DNA of 64,000 nucleotides from an uncultured Actinomycetota bacterium (GTDB lineage Bacteria > Actinomycetota > Actinomycetes > Propionibacteriales > Nocardioidaceae): positions 120,471 to 184,470 of the forward strand of contig CAWERI010000008.1 of NCBI GenBank assembly GCA_963811515.1, read 5' to 3'. The notes below the pieces were generated by a model, which saw nothing but the letters and a program-made list of their open reading frames with translations, searched no databases and had not been told where the DNA came from. The position numbers and the translations under genes are program-made. Below, one piece after another: positions 14,942 to 23,978 of this stretch (position 1 is the first letter of the stretch; each line of letters opens with the position of its first letter).

Positions 14942-15267
14942 TCAGATACGCGCCGGTCGCGTTTCTACGTGTCTGGACCACTCTCGAGGGCGCGGCGGTC
15001 CGGGTCCGGGTCGAAGTACTCGGGGCCGCCCGGGTCCGGGACGACGCCCGGCGTTCGCGAGCATCACCGCGACGTACGGGAGCAGGAACGAGCCGGCGAT
15101 GAAGACCCACATGAACCAGTGGCCGATGCTCACCACCGCCAGCACGAAGCACAGCCGTGCGGATCCCCATCGAGATGAGGTAGCGGCGCTGCCGGATCGC
15201 GATGTCGTCGTGGTGACTGCGGGTCGCAGTGGTGATCCGGACGGGCTCCGGCTCCTTGCGGGCCATG
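14942..15267 (-). CDS. DUF3099-like small membrane protein, one frameshift
   Basis: MARKEPEPVRITTATRSHHDDIAIRQRRYLISMGIRT is followed by LCFVLAVVSIGHWFMWVFIAGSFLLPYVAVMLANA in a second frame. Confidence 0.5.
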
Positions 15268-15368
15268 TCCCCACCGTACGTCGGCCCCGGGCACCGGCCC
15301 ACGGCGTGCGCGTCTACGATCGGGCCAGCAGGCCCCGTCGCGGCGCCGTCCCGACCCCAGGAGGACCC

Positions 15369-15581
15369 ATGTCCAACCGTGTCTACCGCGTCACCGAGAT
15401 CGTCGGCACCTCGCCCGACGGCATCGACCAGGCCATCCGCAACGGCATCGAGCGGGCGTCCCAGACGCTGCGTCACCTCGACTGGTTCGAGGTCACCCAG
15501 GTCCGCGGCCAGGTCAAGGACAACACCGTCGAGCACTTCCAGGTCGGCCTCAAGCTCGGGTTCCGCCTCGAGGACGACTGA
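15369..15581 (+). CDS. Dodecin (flavin-sequestering protein)
   Basis: Intact 70 aa: MSNRVYRVTEIVGTSPDGIDQAIRNGIERASQTLRHLDWFEVTQVRGQV. Confidence 0.8.
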   Translation: MSNRVYRVTEIVGTSPDGIDQAIRNGIERASQTLRHLDWFEVTQVRGQVKDNTVEHFQVGLKLGFRLEDD

Positions 15582-15596
15582 GCGGCTCGATTCCGC

Positions 15597-15612
15597 GCTA
15601 CCCCCCGGTAGC
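15597..15612 (+). terminator. Possible stem-loop downstream of dodecin (GCUACC-CCCC-GGUAGC)
   Basis: Perfect 6-bp inverted repeat with a 4-nt loop, 16 nt after the dodecin stop. There is no U-tract, so this is weak. Confidence 0.25.
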
Positions 15613-15629
15613 CGATAGCGTCTCGACGC

Positions 15630-16337
15630 ATGAGCAGATCGGTACTCGTCACCGGAGGCAACCGGGGCATCGGCCGGCCGATCGCAGAGGCGTTCGTCGC
15701 CAACGGGGACCAGGTGGCCATCACCTACCGCAGCGGCGAGCCGCCCGAGGGCGTGCTGGCGGTCAGGTGCGACGTCACCGACGCCGACGTCCGTCGAGGC
15801 GGCGTTCACCGAGATCGAGGCCGCGCACGGCCCGGTCGAGGTCCTCGTCGCCAACGCCGGCATCACCGCGGACACCCTGGTGCTGCGGATGAGCGAGGAC
15901 GACTGGTCGCGGGTCATCGACACGAACCTCACCGGCTCCTTCCGGGTCGCCAAGCGGGCCGCCAAGGGCATGCTCCGGCTGCGCCGCGGCCGGCTGATCT
16001 TCATCTCCTCGGTCGTCGGCCTGCTCGGCTCCGCCGGGCAGGTCAACTACGCGGCCAGCAAGGCCGGCCTCGTCGGCATGGCCCGCTCGCTGGCCCGCGA
16101 GCTGGGCAGCCGCTCGATCACCGCCAACGTGGTGGCGCCCGGGTTCGTCGAGACCGAGATGACCGCCGTGCTGCCCGAGGAGACCCAGGCGAAGTACAAG
16201 GAGCAGATCCCGCTCGGCCGCTACGCCTCGCACCGAGGAGGTCGCCTCGGTGGTGCAGTGGCTCGGCCTCCGACGGCGCGGCCTACGTCACCGGGGCGGT
16301 CATCCCGGTCGACGGCGGCCTCGGCATGGGGCACTGA
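15630..16337 (+). CDS. fabG: 3-oxoacyl-ACP reductase FabG (MabA-like), frameshifted
   Basis: [61 protein letters not shown] and [13 protein letters not shown] are spread over three frames. Confidence 0.75.
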   Translation: MSRSVLVTGGNRGIGRPIAEAFVANGDQVAITYRSGEPPEGVLAVRCDVTDADVRRGGVHRDRGRARPGRGPRRQRRHHRGHPGAADERGRLVAGHRHEPHRLLPGRQAGRQGHAPAAPRPADLHLLGRRPARLRRAGQLRGQQGRPRRHGPLAGPRAGQPLDHRQRGGARVRRDRDDRRAARGDPGEVQGADPARPLRLAPRRSPRWCSGSASDGAAYVTGAVIPVDGGLGMGH

Positions 16338-16401
16338 GCCGGACCCGCACGGCACGATCCTGCACGCGACCAGCACCGAACACACGAAGGAGCACGACGG
16401 C

Positions 16402-17176
16402 ATGGGCATTCTCGAGGGCAAGCGGATCCTGGTCGCGGGCGTCACGATGGACAGCTCGATCGGCTTCGCGGTCGCACGCGTCGCGCAGGAGCAGGGCGCG
16501 ACCGTCGTGGTGTCGAACTTCGGCCGCGCGCTCGGCATCACCAAGCGCATCGTCAACCGGCTGCCCGCAGCCGGCACCGGTCATCGAGCTCGACGTCACC
16601 GACCCCGAGCACCTGGAGCGGCTGCCGGACCTGCGTGCGCGAGCACGTCGACGGGCTCGACGGCGTCGTGCACTCGGTGGCCTACGGCAACCCCGAGACG
16701 CTGCTCGGCGGCAAGTTCCTCAGGGCCCCTGGGAGGACGTCGCCCAGGCCGTGCAGGTCTCGGCGTACTCCCTGATGTCGCTGTCGCACCGCCTGCCTGC
16801 CGCTGATGTGCGACGGGCGGCTCGGTGGTCGGGATGACCTTCGACGCGACGGTCGCCTGGCCGGCGTACGACTGGATGGGCGTGGCCAAGGCCGGCCTGG
16901 AGTCCTGCTCGCGCTACCTGGCCCGCGACCTCGGCCCGCAGGGCGTCCGGGTCAACCTGGTGTCCGCCGGACCGCTGAAGACGCTGGCCGCGAAGGCGAT
17001 CCCGGGCTTCGAGGAGCTCGAGTCGATGTGGAGCGACCGGTCGCCGCTGGGCTGGGACGAGAAGGACACCGAGCCGACCGCGCGAGGCGGTCGTCGCGCT
17101 GCTCAGCGACTTCTTCCCGGCCACCACCGGCGAGATCGTGCACGTCGACGGCGGCTACCACGCGATGGGGGCGTGA
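16402..17176 (+). CDS. inhA: Enoyl-ACP reductase (NADH), InhA/FabI-like, frameshifted
   Basis: [67 protein letters not shown] and [14 protein letters not shown] align along the length of M. tuberculosis InhA. AAGGAG RBS. Three frame breaks. Confidence 0.75.
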
Positions 17177-17209
17177 GCCGAGCGCACCGGCTCCGGTAGC
17201 GTCCGTGCG

Positions 17210-18903
17210 GTGACTTCCGCACTCGTCGAGCTCCGGGTCCTCGAAGGACCGAACCTCTACTTCCCGCGCGCCGCGATCAAGCTGACCCTGGACCTGACCC
17301 AGCTGATCGACGCGCAGGAGTGGGTGGCGCATGCGGTTCGCCTCCCGGATCGGCCTGCGCAAGGCCCGTCCCGGCGAGCCGGGCAGCGGGTTCCGGCAGC
17401 GGTTCGCGGCCCGGGCCATCGAGCGGCTGGTGCGCCAGATCGCGGCGGAGGCCGGCACCACCCGGCTCGCGCGTCCGGGTCCGGCCGACCAACGACGTGC
17501 ACCAGATCGTGGTGGCGTACCCCTGGCGCAACCGGACCCGCGCCCAGGCGCTCGGCCGGGCCGTCGCCGAGGTGCTCGACTCGCTGCTCAGCCCGGACCT
17601 CGAGGAGCTGGTCAGCCACGCCGCCGAGTCGGTGCGCGCCTCCGAGCGCCGGCCCCGGGCCCACCACGCTGCGCCCGCGGGTGCCGATCGTCGCGGTCAC
17701 CGGCACCAACGGCAAGACCACGACGTCGCGGATGGTCGCGCACATCGCCCGCACGCACGGCCTGCACGTCGGCTGGTCGAGCACCGACGGCATCTACGTC
17801 GACGGCGAGCTGGTCGAGCCCGGCGACTACTCCGGCCCCTCGGGCGCCGGCCGGGTGCTGGCCCACAAGCAGGTGCAGCTCGCGGTCACCGAGACCGCCC
17901 GCGGCGGCATCCTGCTCAAGGGCATCGGGCTGACCCACAACGACGTGTCGGTGTTCACCAACGTCTCCGCGGACCACCTCGGGCTGCACGGCATCGACAC
18001 CCTCGACCAGCTCGCCGAGGTCAAGGGCGTCGTGCCCCGGATCACCAAGGCCCGACGGCTGGGCGGTGCTGAACGCCGACGACCCGCGGGTCTACGCGAC
18101 GCGGACGTCGATCAAGGCGAAGCCGTGGGTGTTCTCCCGCGACCCCGACTCCCCGGCGATCCGGGAGACGCTGTCGCGACGGCGGCCGCGCGACCACCGT
18201 CATCGACGGCTGGCTCTCGGTGCTCTACCCCGACAGCGACGCCGACCCGCTGGTCGAGGTCGTCGACATCCCGATGACGCTGGCCGGGCTGTCCCGCTTC
18301 AACGTCGAGAACGCGCTCGGTGCCGCGTCGGCGGCGCTGGCGGTCGGGCTGCCCCGCGAGGCCGTGGTCGAGGGGCTGACGTCGTTCCGCCCCGACCCGG
18401 CGCACAACCCGGGCCGGATGAACTTCTTCTCCCGCGACGACGTCAGCGTGGTGATCGACCTCGCGCACAACGAGGCCGGCCTCGAGGCGCTGCTGGAGAT
18501 CATGAACGGCGTACGTCGCCCGGCGCCCGGCTGCTGCTCGGCCTCGGCGCGGTGGGGGACCGGCAGGACGACCTCGTCGACCGGCTCGGGGAGATGGGCG
18601 CCCGCGACGCCGACGTCGTGGTGGTCGCGCACAAGGAGAAGTACCTGCGCGGCCGCACGACCGAGGAGCTCGACGCGCTGTTCCGGTCCGGTGCCGCGCG
18701 GGTCGGGCGTCGAGGACGTCCCGTCGTACCCCACGGAGGTCGAGGGCTGGCCGCGCTGGTCGAGCAGGCCGGGCCCGGGGACGTCGTCGCGCTGATGTGC
18801 CACGAGGACCGCCAGGGCGTCTACGACTGGCTGGCGGACCACGGGCTTCACGATCGACGCCCCCGAGACGCTGCGCGACAAGGTGCGCGCGGCGTCGGCT
18901 CAG
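17210..18903 (+). CDS. Cyanophycin-synthetase-like protein with CphA N domain plus Mur-ligase M domain and no ATP-grasp domain, heavily frameshifted
   Basis: N-terminal VELRVLEGPNLYFPRAAIKLTLDL and VHQIVVAYPWRNRTRAQALGRAVAEVL parallel the N domain of the bona fide CphA in this window. They are followed directly by IVAVTGTNGKTTTSRM, GGILLKGIGLTHNDVSVFTNVSADHLGLHGIDTLDQLAEVKG, LNADDP and IDLAHNEAGLEALLE. No ATP-grasp segment lies between them. At least four frame breaks. Confidence 0.6.
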
Positions 18904-20153
18904 GCCTGAGGCCGGCCGACCAGCTCCGGGTAGTACTCGCGGGGACGGCCGTCCCGGTCGCGCAGCATCCGGAGCTTGCTGGTCGGCTGCTCGATGAGCC
19001 GGAAGCTGACCCAGCCGACGGCGACCGAGCCGAGCAGCACGATGGTCACCGTGAGCGGCAGCGCCTGGTCGGCGCGGCCGATCAGGCCCCAGTGCTGGAA
19101 CAGCATCATCAGCGGCTCGTGCCACATGTAGGTGCTGTAGCTGATCAGGCCGAGCCAGGTGATCCCGGGCCAGGACAGCATCCGGGACCACAGCTGCCCG
19201 GGGGCGCCGAGCACGGTGCTGGCCATCAGCAGGAACCAGCCGACGGCGGCGAAGTCGTGGAACACGACCTGGCCCCAGGTGCCCGGGTCCGACAGCAGCG
19301 CTCCGCCGAGCACGACGCCCACGCCGAGCCAGCGCGACCAGGGCCGGGGCGGCGCCGGGGAACAGCGGCCGGCCCTGGCGGGCGGCGGCGACCACGGCGA
19401 GCAGCATGCCGGCGCCGAAGGCACCGAAGCGGGCCTGCGGGCCGAAGTACGCCGGCCAGTTGTCGAACGGGATGTCGAGGACCAGGAAGGCCACGGAGTT
19501 CCAGACGAACGGCGCGACGGTCAGCACGGCGGCCCCGGTCGGCGAGCAGCTGCACGCGGCGGCGGCGCGAGCCGATGCCGCGCGCAGGCGCGCACCGCGA
19601 GCGGGCCGAGCAGCACCAGGACGCCGTAGAAGATCACCTCGAGGCTCATCGACCAGGTCGGGCCCACGGTGTAGAAGATCCGCTCCCGGTCGAAGACCTG
19701 CAGGAACAGCAGGTGCTCGACCAGGTCGAGCCAGTCGCCGGGGAGCGCGGGGTTGCGGATCGCCCACACGACGGTGACGCCGATCCAGTAGAGCGGCAGG
19801 ATCCGGACCGCCCGTCGGAACAGGAACTGTCCGGCGGGGCGCGCCGGCGTGCGGTCCAGCGCCGCGCGGGCGTAGGACAGGGTCAGCAGGTACGACGACA
19901 TCAGGAACAGGATGTCGACGGTCTCGAAGCGGGCGAGGGCGCCCAGCACCGGGTTGAGCGTGCGGCCGCTCTGGGCGGCGTACTGGAAGACGTGGAAGAC
20001 GACGATGGTCAGGCCCACGAGCCCGCGGTAGCCCTCGAGCTCACGGGCGCGCCCGCGGCTCGGTGCGCCCTCGGGGGACCGGAGCGGGCCGGAGCCGGAT
20101 GCGGAGTCGGTGGGGGTGACGTCGGCGGGACGGTCGGTGCTCAGCGTGGTCAT
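18900..20153 (-). CDS. Acyltransferase family 3 (OatA/OpgC-like membrane O-acyltransferase), frameshifted
   Basis: MTTLSTDRP start, ELEGYRGLVGLTIVVFHVF, multiple TM segments, and C-terminal ISYSTYMWHEPLMMLF. Its start codon overlaps the upstream GT2 stop (ATGA). Confidence 0.65.
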
Positions 20154-22462
20154 GCGCTCACCTCCTGGTGGTCGCGTGCGGTGTCGGTGGTGCGGTCGGT
20201 CGTGCCGGCGGAGCGCGGGGTCACGTTCCACTGGGCCTCCCCGACCAGCTCCTTGACCTGGGCGATCCGGCCGATGATGTTCTTCCACTCGGTGTAGACC
20301 AGCGAGGACACCAGCAGGTGGCTCCAGAACCAGGAGGAGCGCTCCCGGATCTCGGGCACGGCCAGCCGCCAGGCGAACAGCGTCTGCGCCGGGCCCACGG
20401 CCAGCGTGAACAGCGTGGTCAGCAGCAGCGCGGGGGCCAGCCAGTTCAGCTGGGTGATCCCGCCGTCGCGGTAGGCCGTGTAGGCGAGCACCGGGAACAT
20501 CTGCAGCGACAGCCAGGGGTAGATCTCGCGCCAGCCCAGCAGGAACGCCAGCCCGCCCTTCTGGCGGACGCTCAGGTGCGGCGAGGCGATGGTCAGCCGC
20601 AGGTGCTTGCGGGAGACCTGGAACCAGCCCTGGGCCCAGCGGGCGCGCTGCTTCCACAGCGACGTCACGTTGGTCGGGGCGAGCTCGTAGGAGATCAGGG
20701 CCGGGTCGGAGGCGATCTTCGCGCCGGCGGCGAGCACCCGCAGGGTGGAGTCGATGTCCTCGGTCAGCATCGAGCCGTGCATCCGGGTCTCGGCCAGCAG
20801 GCTGGTGCGCCAGTAGCCGTTGGAGCCGCCGAAGAGGCCGAAGCCGTGCAGCGCCGCGCGGCCGGGGTGGCTGACGGCGTAGATCGACTCGAACTCGACC
20901 GCGACCGTGCGGGCCACCAGGGACGCGTCCCCGTTGCGGATCACGCAGTGGCCCTGCACGACGTCGTACCCGTTGGACAGCCAGCGCCACGCGCGCTTGA
21001 AGGCGCCCGGCTCGGGGTGGTGGTCGGCGTCGAACATGCCGACGAACTCACCGGTGACGTGGCTCATCGCCGCGTTCACGTTCTGCGCCTTCGAGGTGCT
21101 GTTCTCGACCTTGAGCGGCAGGATCCGCGGGTCGCGGCGGGCCATCTCCCGCAGCTCGTCCTCGACGGCCATCGGGTGCGGCGTGTTGTAGGCGACCAGG
21201 ATCTGGAACGGGCCGGGGTAGTCGACCCGCTGGAAGGCCTCGACGGTGTCGACGATCGTGGCGGCCTCGTTGGGGAGGTACGCCGCGATCACCGCCGTCG
21301 CGCCGGGGTGCGGGGCTCCGGGCTCGTCCGGCGGCCGCTGCGGGTCGAGGGCGTAGAACCCCTCGAGCCAGATCGCGCCGGCGGTGACCAGCAGCGCGGC
21401 CATCACCACCCAGTAGGCGATCCCGGAGACGTCCCAGCCGATCGCGCCGAGGGCGAAGTAGCCAGGAACGGCAGGCCCACGCCCAGGACCAGCGTGAGCA
21501 GGAACTGGGCGGGCAGCCGCAGCCGGTTGCCCACGGTGGCGGCGGACCGGCGGATGCGGCCCGGCCCGCGACGGTCGAGGTCGGTGGCCGGCTCGAGGGC
21601 CGGGGTCCACTCGACGGGCAGCAGGTCGAGGTGGTCGCCGGCCACGCGGACGGCCGTCAGGGCGCGGTCGCGCAGCTGCTCGCCGCTGGAGGCGGCGGCG
21701 AAGGGGGACCACCCGGTCACCGGGGTCACCCGGACGACGTCCTCGTTGCCGAGGGCGAACCGGGTCGCGGCGATCCGGCGGGCCAGGGCGCCGAGCCGCC
21801 GCTCGACCTCCTGGGGGCCGGACTCCGGCAGCAGCACGAGCAGCCGGCCGTCGCGGTCGAGGCCGGCCCGCTCCAGCGCCTCGGGGGAGTCGGCGATCAG
21901 CTCGGTGACCTGGGTCGCGATCTGGGTCGCGGCGCCGCCACCGAAGCGGTCGAGCAGCCGCGGCATCTCCTGGAACTCGACGATCGCCGAGCCCGCCGTT
22001 GCGGCGGGCGCGGTGGCCGCGCTCGAGCTCGCGGCCGGCCTCGTCGACGAAGGTGGTCTCGGCGAGCAGGCCGGTGCGCAGGTCACGGCTGACGAGGGAG
22101 GCGGGCACCGGGGGGCGCGCGGTCTTGGAGCGCACCCGGGCGGCGAGCTCGACGCCGGAGACGGTCGGGCGGCAGGCAGTCGTCGGCGCCCAGCTCCAGC
22201 CCGGTCAGCACCTCGTGCTCGTCGCCGCTGGTGAGCAGCAGCACCGGGACGGTGCGGCCGGGACGCGCCTCGCGCAGCCGCCGCAGCAGGTCGAGCCCGT
22301 CGGGGCCGTCGCCGCCCACGGAGGCGACGACGACGTCGGGGCGCAGCCGCGAGAAGGCCGCGATCGGGTGCTCGTCGGGACGCGGGCCCCGACGACGAAG
22401 CCGGCGGCCCGGAGGGCCGCCCGGGCCTCGTCGGCGAAGGGGCTGTCGTCGACCAGCAGCAC
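20150..22462 (-). CDS. Receiver domain - degenerate GGDEF - processive family-2 glycosyltransferase (cellulose/PNAG-synthase-like), frameshifted
   Basis: GTG start VLLVDDSPFADEARAAL and GGDGPDGLDLLRRLREARPGRTVPVLLLTSGDEHE form the REC domain. ERAGLDRDGRLLVLLPESGPQEVERRLGALARRIAATRF ... VTPVTGW aligns to a GGDEF domain with the GG(D/E)EF motif lost. The TM region is followed by a GT2 core with DADH, TED (LTEDID) and QRARW motifs. Confidence 0.65.
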
Positions 22463-22557
22463 GGTCGAGGTGGTCGTCGGTCGGGGGTCTCGTCCGGAGT
22501 GGCGAGGGGTGGTGCGGTCAAGGCTGTCACTCGGTCTCCTCTGGCAGGGTGGTCACG

Positions 22558-23978
22558 ATGGACGTTCGGGAAGGTGGTCGCGGCGCGGCCCGCAGCGGGC
22601 TCGGTCGTACGGCGCTGGCCGTGGCGGTCGTCTGGTGCTGTCTCGTGGCCGCGTGCACGTCGACCACCCGGGAGGGCGTCCCGCTCCGCACCTGAGGTGC
22701 GGGCCTGGGTCACCACGGCGTCCGGCAGCCAGAAGCTGTCCGACCGTGGTCCGGTCCCGTCCTTCGCCGGAGGATCCGGCGAACCCGACATCGTCGTCGA
22801 GAACGGACGACGCTACCAGCAGTTCTTCGGGGTCGGCGCATCGATCACGGGGTCCTCGGCCGTGTTGCTCGACACGTTGCCGGACGACGTGCGCTCACGT
22901 GTGATGCGCGACATCTTCCAACCAGGGCAGGGGATCGGGCTCTCCGTGCTGCGCCAGCCGCTGGGCGGCAACGACTTCTCGACCAGCGACTTCTCCTTCA
23001 CCCCGGGTCGTGACGAGGACCACGTGCTGCCGCTGCTGACGGAGGCCGCCCGGCTCGACCCGTCACTGGCGGTGGTGCTCAGCCCGTGGAGCGCGCCGGC
23101 CTCGATGAAGACCAGCGGGTCGCTGGTCGGCGGGTCGCTGCGCCCCGAGGACGCCGGTGCCTACGCCGACTACCTGGTCGGGGCGGCGCGCGCCTACCTC
23201 GACGCCGGCGTCCCCGTGCGCGGGCTGACCGTGCAGAACGAGCCGAGCTACTCGCCGCCGTCGTACGCCGGGATGACGCTGGACACCGAGCAGCAGCGCA
23301 CCCTGCTGCGCGACCACGTCGCGCCGGCGCTGCAGCGGGCCGGCCTGCGGCTGCACCTGTGGGCGCTCGACGACAACTTCGACCGCTGGCCGGACGCCGA
23401 CGCGCTGCTCTCCGACCCGGCCACCCGGCGGGCGGTGTACGGCGTCGCGTTCCACTGCTACCGCGGGGACGTGTCGGCGCTCCGCGAGCTGCGGGACCGG
23501 CACCCGGGACTCGCGGTCGTCGGTCAGCGAGTGCAGCGGGGGAGCCTGGTCGCAGGGCTTCGCGCGCGAGCTGCGCTACGAGGCGCACACGATGCTCGTC
23601 GGCGCGGTCCGCAACGGTGCGGCCTGGCTGGTGAAGTGGAACCTCGCCCTCGACCCGCAGGGCGGGCCGACCAACGGCGGCTGCCAGGACTGCCGCGGCC
23701 TGGTCACGGTGGACCCGGCCACCGGCACGGTCACGCCCGGCCCGACGTACTACGCGTTCGGGCACCTGGGGCGGTTCGTGACCCCGGGTGCGCGGGTGAT
23801 CGGCGCCACGGCCCGGACCGGGTCGCGGCTGGACACCGTCGCGTTCCGGAACCCGGACGGCTCCCACGTGCTGGTCGTCTTCAACGACGGCAGCACGCGG
23901 GACGTCCGGGTCGACACCGGCGACCGGAGCTTCGGCTACCGGCTGCCGGCGGGGGCGCTGGCGACGTTCACGTGGTGA
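22558..23978 (+). CDS. Glycoside hydrolase family 30 lipoprotein, frameshifted
   Basis: Lipoprotein signal ALAVAVVWCCLVAAC. FFGVGASITGSSAVLL, LTVQNEPSY (acid/base Glu region) and VTVDPATGTVTPGPTYYAFGHLGRF (C-terminal beta-sandwich) are spread over three frames. Confidence 0.6.

Noticed and set aside
17210-18903. Interpretation of the CphA-like gene as MurT (the lipid II amidation ligase partner of GatD)
   Set aside because: MurT has an N-terminal Cys4 ribbon and a C-terminal DUF1727, and it is paired with a CobQ-like GatD. Here the N-terminus is a CphA N-domain homologue and no GatD gene is adjacent.
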